From Somniosus microcephalus (Eukaryota), in NCBI GenBank assembly GCA_052327205.1, contig CM126208.1, positions 36,270,001-36,334,000 of the forward strand: a stretch of DNA of 64,000 nucleotides, in the 5' to 3' direction. Below, in pieces: positions 21,163 to 34,382 of the stretch (within the stretch, counting starts at the first letter, position 1; the number at the start of each line of letters is the position of its first letter). The position numbers and the translations under genes were made by a program. The notes under the pieces were generated by a model. It saw nothing but the letters and a program-made list of their open reading frames with translations, searched no databases and was not told the DNA's origin.

Positions 21163-22654
21163 GTATTTAGTCTAGATCTCCATGGTAAGGGTCCACAGCA
21201 GCCTGATCCTTGAGTACTCTTTTTAAAAATGCATCCCCAGTATTTTTATTTATGTATCTTAAAAAGTTATTTAGAAGTGAAAGTGTTATGCGAGTATGGA
21301 GCAGCAGCGTGTGGTACTTACTCTGCCAAGTTCCTAAACTGCAGGGCAGTGCCAAACAGAAGCCAGCTGCTACCCCTACAGCTAGAGGGAATATCGGAGG
21401 AACGTTGCCAATGGACTGCTCTCACACAACCCTTGGCAGCCAACTAACAGCAGCTTTGGCAGGGCCCCACGAACAGACTGATTGCCCTTTGTTCTCAGAC
21501 AATGGGGGGGTCCGAGAAACTTCTCTTAACTCCTACGCAGCCTTGGGGAAGGAATCAGCGAAGGTAAGATACTGGGAGTAAATAAATGAATGTGTGATCC
21601 TATTGGGATCTAATTGGGAGGACAGCCAACATAAGTTAAAAAGTTTACATGATAGGTTGATTTCAAATATATTTTTAAATAAACTATTCCTTTAAAATTA
21701 TGTTAGTTCTCAATGATGGCTTAGTTTGTATATAAAAGTAAAACTTAGCCATACAACATTCAAATTCCATTTCATCTCCCCTTGCCTTCTCTTCTTTGAA
21801 TTCACAGCCCTCCCTAAACCATTCCCTCCATACAAATGCTCCTACCCATATTCAAGGCCACCCCCTTGACTTTGCCATCTCCTGTGGCCTCTCTACTTTC
21901 ATGGTCTTGATCATTGCATCACAACATTACAACAGTGACTATGGCCAGAATTTTGCGGGAGGTCAGTGGGCGGGATTGGTGGCGGGTCAGGTGGTAAATT
22001 TGATATTTTTGACAGTGGGTCGGGAACCCGCTGGCAACCCGCCGCCATGCGCCTTTCGCGATGTCGGGCCTGTCAGCAGTGAGCAGACCCGACAGGCAGC
22101 AGCGAGTGACCCAATTCAGGTGATTAATGGCTTGTTTAGAGCTACTTAAGAATGATTTTCAGCTCACCTTTTGCATTTGACAGCTCACCCACGGGGTCCA
22201 CGCTGGTCGGGAGTTCAGTGGTCATTGAACAGCTGTTGAGTTTCTTATGATCATTAATAAATAGACATTCTTATTATGAACACAGCTAGCTTTTGCTAGA
22301 CACTTTTATTGAGCACATGTGGACTAGATACAGTATCTGTAGAGGCTTCCATCTTGACTGCTGCCTTGTGGGTAGCCTAGTGCCTCATGGGTAATGTAGT
22401 CTTAATATACATACAACTGGGTACTGTAGTCTTATACATACAGCTATATACAGCTCTACGGCTCCACCTAGTGTCCACTATAGAATGACATGTTATTGAT
22501 CATTACATCCCCCTTTCTTTGAGGTTTAACAAAATCAATATCAATCAACTTTCAAGAAAACAATAAAGATAATATCAGTAACACTTTTGTTAGTGCTCTA
22601 TAAACATAAACATTTTCAAAACAGTCAACACATTTTCAAAGCTTTACATTGTAC

Positions 22655-24154
22655 TCAAAGATTAAGTCTATCAGGCTTTTTTACTTCACGTGTGGATCTT
22701 CTCAACACGGGTAAGTCTGATGTGTCTTCATGAGATTGTTCTGGCGGTGAATGACAAGATGCAGTTGCGGCATTGTCATCAATCTGGTCTTGAATAGTCT
22801 CTTGTGTTTTTAGGAGGGAACGGCGGTTCCTCCTGAGAATCTGTCCTTCCTCAGTTCTAACAGTGTATGACCTTGGTCCTACTTCCTCACGAACTGTAGC
22901 TTTCCTGTTCCATGCATCTGGATCCTCAATCCTGACAACATCATCCCTTGTCAATGGTTTTAGAGTTTTGGATGATTTGTCATAGTATGATTTCTGTTTC
23001 AGCTTTAACAGTTGAAGTCTCTGTCTCAGTTCCTCACTTTGCTGTTCTTTTGCACAGCAGGGTAGCGTGGTGCGCAACTTGCGACCCATTAGTAGTTCAG
23101 CAGGTGAAGAACCACAGTCTAAAGGTGAGGCTCGGTAGCTCAGCAGGGCGAGATAAGGATCAGACTTGCTTTCTGTCGCTTTCTTCAGTAGCTGCTTGAG
23201 AACTTGAACACCTTTCTCTGCCTTACCATTTGACTGAGCATACAAAGGACTGGATGTGATGTGCTGAAAGTCATAATGTGCTGCAAATTGTTGCCACTCC
23301 TTACAGTTGAAGCACGGACCATTGTCGCTAACAGCAATCCTGGGAATTCCATGTCTGGCAAAGATGGATTTCACATGCATTATGATACTGCTTGCTGTGG
23401 TGCTTGAGAGCAGCGCCATCTCAGGATAGTTAGAATAGTAGTCAATCACTATTAGATAGTCTTTACCATTTAAATGAAAAAGGTCCATACCAACCTTTTG
23501 CCATGGTGCTGTTGGTATGTCAGCTACTATCATTGGTTCCTTTGCTTGTTTGTTTTGGTGTTTCTGACATGTCTCACATTTGCCTATCATGTTCTCAATG
23601 TCCTTATTTATGCCAGGCCAATAAACAGTGTCTCTTGCCCTCCTTTTGCATTTTCCAATTCCGAGGTGTCCCTCATGAATCCTTTTGAGCATGTCTTGAC
23701 GTAGAGCCTGTGGAATGACTATTCTGTTCTGTTTTAGTAATAGTCCACTTACGACACTCAATTCTGACCTTATGTGAAAATATTTTGGACAGGAACCTTT
23801 TGGCCAACCATGATGAATGTTCTCTATTACTGTTTGTAATACTGTATCTTTTACTGTTTCTTCTGCTATTTGCTTTGATTTTGTGTCTGACACGGGCAGC
23901 GCAGCAGTGACCATACTCACATGAACATCCACGTCTTCTTCAGTAGAGCTCACATGACTCATTGTGGGTGCTCGGGATAGTGCATCTGCTAACACTATGT
24001 ATTTGCCTGGTGTGTAGATCAGTTCAAAGTCATATCTTTGCAGCTTCATCATGAGTCGTTGAATCCTTGGAGACATCTCATTCAGGTTCTTTTTTATGAT
24101 GGCAACCAGTGGGCTGTGGTCTGTCTCAACTGTGAAGTCCATATATGTAGCCAT
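22655..24154 (-). pseudogene. pol: RNase H end and integrase of second Gypsy
   Basis: ETDHSPL, HEGHLG..C, WQKVGMDLF, SDNGP, NGKAEK, ends KPDRLNL; separated from upstream ORF by stop and frameshift. Confidence 0.9.
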
Positions 24155-24206
24155 GAAACTTTTCTAGTCCAACTACCAAGCCTAGACATTCCTTTTCAAT
24201 CTGGGC

Positions 24207-26584
24207 TTATCGACACTCAGTATCAGTCATAGACCTGGAGGCATAGGCAACAGGCTTCCAATCTTCACCCTCTGCTTGTAACAAGACCGCACCTAGGCCA
24301 TCTTTTGATGCATCCGTTGACACTTTGATTCTTTTTGTTGGGTCAAAGAAGGTGAGTACAGGTGTGGTTGTCAGCACTGTTATGAGGTTTATCCACTCTT
24401 GTTCATGTCTTTCTGTCCATGCGAACTCATTTGTTTTATGTAGCAGGTCTCGCAGACAGGCTGTCTTGGCTGACAAGTTAGGAATGAACTTTCCAATGAA
24501 GTTTATCATCCCCATGGTGCGTAGCACTCCTTTTTTGTCAGTGGGTCGGGGCATTTTGAGTATGGCGTTTACTTTTTCCATATCTGACTCTATTCCTTTA
24601 CCAGATAGATTATCTCCTAGGAAAGTGACTTCCTGGACGCCAAACTGACACTTGGCTTTGTTGAGCTTCAGTCCATTCCGGCGTATGCTCTGTAGCACTT
24701 TAGTCAGTCTCTCATTGTGTTCTTTCAGTGTGGAGCCCCAGATGATGATGTCATCAACATAGACCCGAACTCCTTCCAGACCTTCAATTATGTGTTCCAT
24801 CGCTCTATGAAAGATTTCAGATGCAGATATTATCCCGAAAGGCATTCTGAGGAAACAATACCTGCCAAATGGTGTGTTGAAGGTACAGTATTTGGTGCTC
24901 TCTTCATCCAGTTTTAGTTGCCAAAATCCTTGTGAGGCATCGAGCTTTGTAAAGTATCTGGCACCTGACATTTCACTGGTGATTTCTTCTCGCTTGGGAA
25001 TCTGGTAGTGTTCACGTTTTATGTTTGCATTGAAGTCCTTTGGATCCATGCATATTCTTAGATCATTGTTCTTTTTCTTTACACATACCATGGAGTTAAC
25101 CCAGTCTGTTGGCTCTTCGACTTTCCTGATGACTCCTAGTGTGGTCATTCTGTCCAGTTCATTCTTGAGCCGGTCACGCAGGGGTGCTGGAACTCTTCGT
25201 GGAGCATGTACCATTGGCTGAGCATCCTCCTTTAGCTGGATCTTGTAAGTGAATGGTAGAACTCCAAATCCTTTGAACACATCCTGGAAATTATTCACTA
25301 CAGAATCCACCGAGTCATCTGGTCTGCTTATGGCACAGTTTATACGGTAGACTCTCTTGACCAGTTCTAAGTCCTCACAAGCTTTGTCGCCCAGTAGTGA
25401 ATCAAGTCTTTCAGCCACAACAGAAAACATGAGATGATGCACTTTGTCTTTGACTGTCACTTTGAGTCTGCATACACCTAAGCTATCTATTTTCTGTCCA
25501 TTATAGTCCTTCAGTAGTACTGACTTTTTCTGTATTTTTGGCTTTTCTTTCATATTGTTAATGTCACTCATACTGATTAAGTTTGCTTTTGCCCCAGTGT
25601 CTAGTTTCAAGGTAACTAATGCTCCATTTACCTGCAGTGGGATCATCCATTTGTCCTCTTTTACTGCATTAACTTTATGTTCAGCATTGTCCATTTCTGA
25701 GGGCTGCACATTTTCTGTATCCTTTTTGATATTGTCACATGACACCATTCGTACAAAAAATATCTCACTTAAATCAGTGTCCTCAATTACATTAACTCGT
25801 TGCCCTTTCTTAGTTTGTACTTTTGAAAAGCATTGTTTGGCAAAGTGATTCTTTCCATTACACTTTGTGCACATTTTTCCAAACGCTGGGCATTGTCTTA
25901 ACTGGTGTTTGTAACCACAGCGTTTACAATTAAAAATGTCATCCTCCGATTGCTTTTCATTTCTGTTCTGCCCACGTTTCTTCCCCTTGTAGGACACAGC
26001 ACCGACAGCAGCATTATCACTCATTACAATCGCATCATTATTGATTTCACTGAAAGTCTTCGCGTGCTTTCGAGCTAGCTTGCTGGCTTGGCATATTTTC
26101 ACTGCATTTTCCAAATTTAGTTCGGTTTCTCTCAACAGACGTTCCCTGACTTTTTTATCATGAATACCAAACACAATCTGGTCACGAAGCATGGATGCTT
26201 TGAGCTCAGAGAAATTACATGTCTGTGCTTTCAGTTTCAGATCAGTTATAAAGCTATCAAAAGTCTCATTTTGCTGCTGTGTCCGAGAACAGAAGATGTA
26301 TCTTTCATAGGTCTCATTCTTTTTGGGAGAGCAATGTGCATCAAATTTTTTTAGCACATCTTCTAATTTTTCTCTGTTCTCCTCTGGATTAAATACAAAT
26401 GTATTAAATACCTCTATCGCCTGTGGGCCTGCAACCGTAAGCAGCAACGCTATCTTCCTTGCGTCTGGCTTCGTACCGAATCCGATGGCTGCAATGTAGA
26501 GTTCGAATTGTTGTTTAAGAGTCTGCCAATTGTAGTCGATGTTTCCTGTGAGTTTCAAATGCTCTGGCAGCTTCAAATTCTCCA
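24207..26584 (-). pseudogene. gag-pol: Gag-protease-RT-RNase H of second Gypsy
   Basis: CKRCG..H..C / CTKCNGKNHFAKQC, LDTGA, YVDD, TDASKDG; premature stop after DTECR. Confidence 0.9.
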
Positions 26585-27809
26585 TGTCGCTTTTCACAAT
26601 TTTCAGCAGATCTTCACCATCCTGGTACCATCTTATGTTCATTAATAAATAGACATTCTTATTTTGAACACAGCTAGCTTTTGCTAGACACTTTTATTGA
26701 GCACATGTGGACTAGGTACAGTATCTGTAGAGGCTTCCATCTTGACTGCTGCCTTGTGGGTAGCCTAGTGCCTCATGGGTAATGTAGTCTTAATATACAT
26801 ACAGCTGGGTAGTGTAGTCTTACACATACAGCTATATACAGCTCTACGGCTCCACCTAGTGTCCACTATAGAATGACATGTTATTGATCATTACAGAGTT
26901 GACAGCTTCGATAGTAAAGTAAAAGCTCCCACCTTACAGAGATATCTTCCCTCAGCCATAAGCTGTTCCTCACTGCATTTCCACAACAGATTCACCATGT
27001 TGCAAGTCTTTACACAAGTCTCCATCCAGTCTGACCTCATTACCTCTCCCACCATTGACAGACCGCTTCCGTCATCTCTACTTCACCTGCCATCTACTCC
27101 ATCAGCACCGGTGCCCTTGAAACTCTCTCACCTTGGTCCTCAGAATCCCACCACGATCAGCCCCAGCACCAGGCACACCAGCAGCAACAACAACACCAAC
27201 CTTCTCCGCAATCAACTGATGCTGCACAGGACAGAGGGTATCAGCACCCAACCACATTGCTGCCTGGGAGGCCAGGGATGGCCTCACCATGGCCAGGTTT
27301 ACTTCACTTGACGCTGTACACCCTGGCTGCCACATGATGCGCCAGGTTGGCACCACCCCACACCAACACCATAAAGCATCCCAGCAATGACCAAGCCATT
27401 CCTTTCACACTCACCGCCATTGCGGGGTACCGTTATGTCTCACCATTCACTGCAACTCACTAAGCCATTTCCAAAGGTGCATACAAATTTGTCCAAGAAC
27501 ACAAAGTGTTGAAAATAAAGTTTTCAATGTTTGACACCACATTAACAGAAACTTTGCATGAACATTGGATAAAACACGTAAGTACCTACCCTTGTGTGCT
27601 GTTAGTTGGTATGATTGCACTAGGATGAGGGTGAGTGTGAGGGGTGGCTAGTGAGATGGGGATGTGATAATATATATAGAGAGGGATGGGTGGATGTCTA
27701 AGGTAAGTTGATGTGAGTAAGGCTGTGCAGGATTTGGGTAGGGAAGGCAGAGTGACGGGGACGTGATGAGAAGCACAGCAAGATGAGGTAGAATGTGGCT
27801 TTGTACCAA

Positions 27810-28060
27810 TGTTTTGTGATCTACTGAGATCATTGAAATGTTTGCGGCACTGCACCCAGGTCCTCCTGACCACATCCCTGCCTGTGCCCTCCTGTGCAAT
27901 GTGCAACCAGGCTGTGTTGATCTCCTGGGGAGGTCTCTTCCACCCATGGGAAGGGAAGAGGACCTCCCTGCATGATGTGCCTCCCTCCATAAGCATACGG
28001 AGGGAGTCATGGGAGAGCCTGGGTGCAGCCCTGTGCCTGTGTGCAGTGCTTGTCAGTGTT
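27810..28060 (-). pseudogene. Myb/SANT-like DNA-binding domain of Harbinger
   Basis: RAAPRLS...LF...AWLHIAQE...RRTWVQCRKHFNDL. Confidence 0.75.
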
Positions 28061-29664
28061 TGCAGCACCTCACTGCTGTAGAACATTGACAGCACAAATG
28101 TCAATATAAATTTGTACTTGGCCCCTTTAAGGAAACCGGCTGATGACGCGTCATCAAATGACATCATCAGAGTCGCTTCCTCTAATTGGCCAGGAAACGC
28201 GCTGGGCGGGCTTAACAAGCTCTATCAAGGGAAAATCATTTCACAGAATGGGATGGAGCCAGCAGCGGGGTTGGGACCCGTCACTGACATCGCCCGCCAC
28301 AGACCTGTCGAGGTCAGCAAAATCGTGGCCTACACTTCAAAAGTACTTCATTCACTGTAAAGAGCTTTGGGGCGTCCTGAGGTCGTGAAAGGTGTTATAT
28401 AAAAAGTAATTCTTTCTTATTGGTAAGGCCATCACTGACCACTTCCTATATCTGTCACCGCCCACATCCCCCTGCCCTCTCTGCACTTCCTACTGAGTCC
28501 GCCCCGGGAAAATTCTCCTCTGAGTTTTAAGCTCCCAACATCCTAGCCTTTGGCCTTCCATTCACCATGATACTTCTGCAGGAGTCAACTTGGCCAACCA
28601 CTCCCTCATCTTTGATGCCCTTGACCCCAGCACAACCTTTACTCTCTCCTAGCCTGGCCATTCCCCCTGGTAAGGCCCCCATCTGTGCTCCCTCAAGTCC
28701 AAAGGGGTGCAGACTTGAATGTATCTGGTGCACATCAGGTTTAACCTTCCATCACTAGATCTGGCGGGACCACATCATGCATTATCGGGCCTCACGCTCC
28801 TGCCAAAACCACCCACTACTCCTGGGTCATCGTGGAGAGCAAAGATAACCTTTGGCTTTCTTTTCTCCACCATCAACCATCTCCTTAAACCCTTCTCCCT
28901 TAAACCCTCCTTAAACCTTAAACCCTCCTTAAACCCTTCTCCCCTGCCATTCTACAACCTCACCTGCAATAACAAGTGGACTAAGATTGAGACTGTCCAT
29001 TCAGCTGCCTCTCCTGCTTCCCCACATTCCCTCTGCCTACCAAGCCAAACCTCCTCCAAGGGTCCTCCCTGCTCTAACCCGTTTCTCTCTCATCTCTCCT
29101 TATGCTCCCTCTACGCTCATCTCATCTATGAGACCCACCTCCTGTTCCTTTGACCCCCAAACCCCTACTAAACTGCTGACCACCTTTCCTTCCTGGCACC
29201 CCTGCTAGCTGACATTATAAATAGTTCCCTCTACTCAGTTACTGTACCCTCTTCCTTTGAAACCACCCTTCTCAGAAAACCCACCCTTGACCCCTCTGTC
29301 CTTGCAACCCAACGCCCCATCTCCAATGTTAATTTTCTTTCCAAAGTGCTTGAACGTGTTGACGCCTCCCAAATTGGTGCCCATCTTTCCCACAATTCCC
29401 TATTTGAATTTCTACAATCAGATTTCCACCCCTGCAACCGCACCAAAACACGAAACAACGAAAGTCACAAATGGGGCATCCCCTGTGACCTTGCCCGCGG
29501 TGCAGCAGCCCTCCTCCTCGACCTCTCGGCAGCCGTTGACCGCACCATTCTCTTCCAACACTTCTCCTCCATTGTCCAGCTCAGGGACTGCCCTCACTTG
29601 GCTCCACTCTTACCTACCATAACCAGAGCATCTCCAGCCATGGTTTCTCCTCTCACCTCCACAC

Positions 29665-30079
29665 TGTTATAAATCTCATCATTCATCAAGAAACTACTTG
29701 TGAAATAACGCTGGATGGCCAGCTGGTGGCGCCATCCAAGGTGTATAAATACTCGGGCGTCGGCCCCAGCTTTCCAGGGACATTTTGTAAGACAAGGAAC
29801 TAGTGAAGTACAGCTAGACCTCCATGTTCTGAAACAAGTTGATTAAAGCCTTGCTTTATACTCAAACCAAGTGCGTAGTGAGTTTTATTACGTCAATTTA
29901 ATCAACTTGTTTCAGAACATGACGGGCTAGTTGTACTTCACTAGTTCCTTGTCTTACAAAATGTCCCTGGTAAACTGGGGCCGACGCCTGAGTATTTATA
30001 CTCCTTGGACGGCGCCACCAGCTGGCCATCCAGCGTTATTTCATGAGTAGTTTCTTGATGAATGATGAGATTTATAACA
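29665..30079. mobile_element. Palindromic double-LTR insertion
   Basis: LTR 29665-29895 (TG...CA) plus inverted partial copy 29897-30079; whole unit flanked by CACAC TSD. Confidence 0.8.
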
Positions 30080-30123
30080 CACACCGTTAACTTCAGAGTT
30101 CCCCAGGGATCTATCCTTGTCCC

Positions 30124-30258
30124 CAATGTTGCCTTTAAGCTGCGCAGTCACGTGGCCACGCCGCATTCTAAAGGTCCCGCGCAGCCGGCTTCCCAGCTTT
30201 AAATAGAAACATTTTTGAATGGGCCGCGCAGCCCCTAAAATAATCACAGGGAACATTG
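30124..30258. mobile_element. hAT-like MITE
   Basis: CAATGTTGCC...GGGAACATTG TIRs; decayed 8-bp TSD cttgtccc/cttggtcc; relatives at about 61522-61660 and 61968-62103. Confidence 0.65.
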
Positions 30259-31684
30259 CTTGGTCCACCTCCTCTTTCCAATCTACATGCTGCCCCTTGG
30301 TAACACCATCAGCAAACATGGGGTCAGCTTCCACATGCTGAGGGCAACTAGCCCTACCTCTCCACCGCAACTCAACTCCTCCACTGCCCCTGTGCTCTCA
30401 GACTGCTTGTCCAACATCCAGTCTTGGTTGAGCCATAATTTCCTCCAGTTGGAGAGACCGAAGCCATCATCTTCAGCCCCCGCCACAAGTTTGGTATGCT
30501 TCCAACAATTCCATCTCCTGCTCCAGCCATTGTCTCAGGCTTGAGCAGACTGTACACAACCTCAGCATCCGATTTGACCCCGAGCTGAGCATCCGGTCTC
30601 ATATCCATTCCATCGCAAACACCAACTACTTCCACCTCCGTAATATTGCCGGCCTTCACCCCTGCCTCAGCCTATCTCCTGCTGAAACCCTCATTCATAC
30701 TTTTGTCACCTCCAGACTTGAGGCTCTGCAAACTTCAACTTTTCCAAAACTCTGCTGATCCTATCCTATACTGCACCAAATACAGCACACCCATTACCCC
30801 GTCCTTGCTGATCTACATTGGCTCCTGGTCACCCAATATCTCAAATTTTAAACTCTCATCTTTCTGTTTACCTTCCTTCATTGCATTCCCCCTCTCTTTG
30901 TCCGTAACCTCCTCCAGCCCAAACCTTTGTTCCTCTTACTCTGGCCGCCTGTGCATCCAACCCCCTTTACCATCGGCTGCACTTTCAGCCACCTAGGCCC
31001 CACACTCTGAAATTCCTTCCCTAATCCTGCTCTCCATCTCCCGCTCTTCCTTTAAGACCCTCCTTCAAACCCATCTCTTTGACCGCGCTTTTGTTCATCC
31101 CTTCTAATATATCCTTCTTTGGAGATGTTAGAATTCTCGTGAAATTAAGGTGGGGGAAACCTTCAAAGCCAAAGTGGGGATGATTCTCAGGATATAATCA
31201 AGGACATTCAAATGGAGATAAAAGAATAGAGGACTGAAGAGATCAGTGGCTAGGTAGCTCTTAAAACTTCCAAAAATGTAGTGGGGTAGGACTTCTACGT
31301 GCCCACGTGACACCACGGCAAGCCTTCCATATTATCCTGGAGTGGGTCGAACGATTTATGCAGGTGGGTTCATTGCTGATATTGCTGCTCCTGACAGGCT
31401 AACTGCTGCTGGGAGGGTAGAAAATGCTGTGGAACTTGTACTCGCGGTTATCATTCATCTTAGCACCTGTGACAAAGAAGAGACTTTAGCCATGGAATAT
31501 TTTCATCTCTGCAAATTATTTTGTTTTCTTGTAACTGTAGACATTGCACTGAAACACAATTAAAACACTTCACACAAAAACATAATGAAACCAACTAAGA
31601 AAGGAATAACATTTGTGTGACAGGCAGGAAATTTGCTTTGTATATGAAGTGCTAAAGTTGCTGCTGTGTTTACTCTATTTGCAG

Positions 31685-31810
31685 TTGTCTCCTTAAAATG
31701 CTACAGCTGCACTGGTGCAATAACCAATACACTCTGCAATCTGGGGATACCTGAAACGTGCTCTGGTGATGAGGACAGGTGCATGGTAACTCAGGTCAAA
31801 GCAGAGATTT
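31685..31810 (+). CDS. Ly6/uPAR three-finger protein, exon 2
   Basis: tttgcag|..VSLKCYSCTGAITNTLCNLGIPETCSGDEDRCMVTQVKAEI|gtaag; phase 1 at both ends. Confidence 0.9.
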
Positions 31811-32541
31811 GTAAGTTTACATTCCTAACTATCTTATAGAAGCACTGTGAAAGCTGCCATTTAAAATCCATTCTTTATAATGCCATCGTTGAGCCTAATG
31901 AGACATCCATCCGTGTTGTAGGTGTTTGTGGCTTCAGATTGTTATATCAACCAGTTATATAGAAAGAGAAATGTTATAATCCTACTAGAATATGCAGAGG
32001 TGTATAACAAAAATAGGGAGTTATCAGAGACTGTGATTCGGAGTGGTGGAAGGCAGAGAAACAACCCACAGCAAAATATTTGGAAGGAGGCAAGTTCCCT
32101 TCATCATCAGCCTCACCTTTACTGACAGTGCCTGTCATGAATATAATAAGGGAACTTTAAACCCTACGTATTCTTCATTTGGGCAACATCGGTAATTTTC
32201 AAAGAATGTCAAGAGGATTGATGATTGCCTACAGAACTGAGTTATCTATAAATTCTGATTGGTAATATTAAATTATATAACACAACAAGCTTTCAAAAAA
32301 GGTTTTATATTTTCTTTCCGTCTCTTCTTGGCACATGTTAACCTCAGGTGGAGGGTGAATTGATGGCCTCTTCTCATGCCTCTGTTAATGATGCCTTTCA
32401 GTTGGCTACTAGGCAATGCATGAAAGCAGTTGTGGTGATTTATTTCGAGTTCTCTGTCCATCTCTGTGGCACAGCACCCAGAGTGAACTTGATTACCCTC
32501 CCAATGGCAAGGCTAAAATCGATAACACTTTGTGAGACTCA

Positions 32542-33526
32542 TAAGAACATAAGAAATAGGAGCAGGAGTAGGCCACTTGGCCCCTCGAGCCTGCTCCGCC
32601 ATTCAATAAGATCATGGCTGATCTTGGGCTCAAAGCCACTTCCCCGCCCGCTCCCCATAACCCTTCACTCCCTTATCTTGCAAAAATCTGTCTATCTCCA
32701 CCTTAAATGTATTTAATGACCCAGCCTCCACAGCTCTCTGGGGCAGAGAATTCCACAGATTTACAACCCTCTGAGAGAAGAAATTCCTCATCTCAGTTCT
32801 AAAAGGATGACCCTTTATTCTGAAACTATGCCCCCGAGTTCTAGATTTCCCCACGAGGGGAAACATCCTCTCTGCATCTACTTTGTCAAGCCCCCTCAGT
32901 ATCTTACATGTTTCAATAAGACCACCTCTCATTCTTCTAAATTACAATGAGTATAGGCCCAACCTGCTCAACCTTTCTTCATAAGTCAACCCCCTCATCT
33001 CAGGAATCAACCGAGTGAATCGTCTCTGAACTGCCTCCAATGCAAGTATATCCTTCCTTAAATAAGGAGACCAAAACTGCACGCAGTACTCAAGGTGTGG
33101 TCTCACCAATACCCTGTATTGTTGTAGCAGGACTTCCCTGCTTTTATACTCCAACCCACTTGCAATAAAGGCCAACATTCCATTTGCCTTTTTGATTATT
33201 TGCTGTACCTGCATGCTAACTGTTTGTGTTTCATGCACAAGGACACCCAGGTCCCTCTGAACTGTAGCATTTTGTAATCTCTCTCCACTTAAATAATAAT
33301 TTGCTTTTTTTAATTTTTCCTGCCAAAGTGGATAACCTCGCACTTTCCCACATTACACTCCATCTGCCAAATGTTTGCCCACTCACTTAGCCTGTCTATA
33401 TCCCTTTGCAGATTCTTTGAGTCCTCTGCACAACTTGCTTTCCCACCCATCTTTGTATCATCCGCAAACTTGGCTACATTATACTCGGTCCCTTCATCCA
33501 GGTCATTAATGTAGATTGTAAACAGT
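32542..33526 (-). mobile_element. CR1 LINE 3' fragment in Ly6 intron 2
   Basis: AKFADDTK, RPHLEYCVQFWSP; cataagaa tail. Confidence 0.9.
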
Positions 33527-33695
33527 ACATATGTGTAAACCTGTTTCCTGCTTCTTCGCGTCGCCTGCTGTTGGAACTCCCACCTGCAATGACACAAGAA
33601 CACGCAGATAATGCACACCCCTGATTAAAATGTTAACATTACTGATACTTGAAAATTAACAAGAGTTTAAATTATTTCCCCCACCACCATTCTAG

Positions 33696-33904
33696 TTGGA
33701 CTAGAGTCATCTACTTTGACCAAAGGTTGCATTGAAAATAAGAAGTGTACTGGGACCATCGGTGCCATATTCGTCAGTACTGGTACTCAATGCTGCAACA
33801 GCGACCTGTGCAACGTGAATGGCTCAGTTATTTTCGGTGGAAGCAAACTGGTGCTTATAGCTTCTGCAGGTTTTCTCTACATAATCCACAAGTTGGCAAA
33901 CTAA
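33696..33904 (+). CDS. Ly6/uPAR three-finger protein, exon 3 (CCxxDLCN and GPI signal)
   Basis: ttctag|GLESSTLTKGCIENKKC...QCCNSDLCN then hydrophobic tail and TAA; 10 Cys in mature domain; AATAAA at 34190 and 34209. Confidence 0.92.
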
Positions 33905-34382
33905 GTGGAGTTTTAATACATAGAATGCAACATTTGCTCGAGCAAATCTAGTTATATAATACTATTGATTTTACTTAGAGCTACGGCGCAATCGGGACCA
34001 ACATATGCAACAGTTATTGTATTTTAGTTTCTGTTTTCATCGCCAAAATCAGTGATTCGTGTTGAAGTTTCTATCTTTGTATTGATGCTATAACTTACTG
34101 TAGTGATCTTATATTGGCCAGAATGCAACCACAAGACAAAAAAAAACACAAAGAGAGAAAAGAAAGAATATCAAGATTAATTAAATATTAATAAAAGAAA
34201 ACAAGATTAATAAAATAAGTTAAAGAAGCCTAGGTATAAACTGAACACTTACAGCCCTTATCAAAATTCACATTTTATACCACTCATTATCACAGTCAAC
34301 GGTCAGCATAACTCAACTTGCAACTACTGGGTAGGAGTTAAAGTGGGTGATATTATCGTACATTTAAAATAAAAGACTTAAA

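Larger units (their letters stand above)
22243..26895 (-). mobile_element. Full-length Ty3/Gypsy (Mag-like) LTR retrotransposon
   Basis: 265-bp LTRs 26631-26895 and 22243-22507 (6 mismatches); TSD GAGTT; PBS TGGTACCAGGA (tRNA-Leu-like) 26630-26620; PPT 22520-22508. Confidence 0.96.
21943..28330 (-). mobile_element. Non-autonomous PIF/Harbinger element carrying a Myb/SANT ORF remnant
   Basis: TIRs GGCCAGAATTTTGC / GCAAAATCGTGGCC; near-TSD TAT/TAC; splits a SINE tail (acagtgacta|cacttcaaaag). Confidence 0.75.
21770..31120 (+). mobile_element. Old L2 LINE split by multiple insertions
   Basis: L2 pieces at about 21770-21912 and 28423-31120 (ccttgacccctctgtccttgcaa, ctcctcgacctctcggcagcc, ccccagggatctatcctt, L2 tail). 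Confidence 0.7.

Noticed and set aside
21287-21581. ORF starting MRVWSSSVWYLLC as Ly6 first exon
   Set aside because: No suitable phase-1 donor and a weak hydrophobic core; 18758-18809 fits much better
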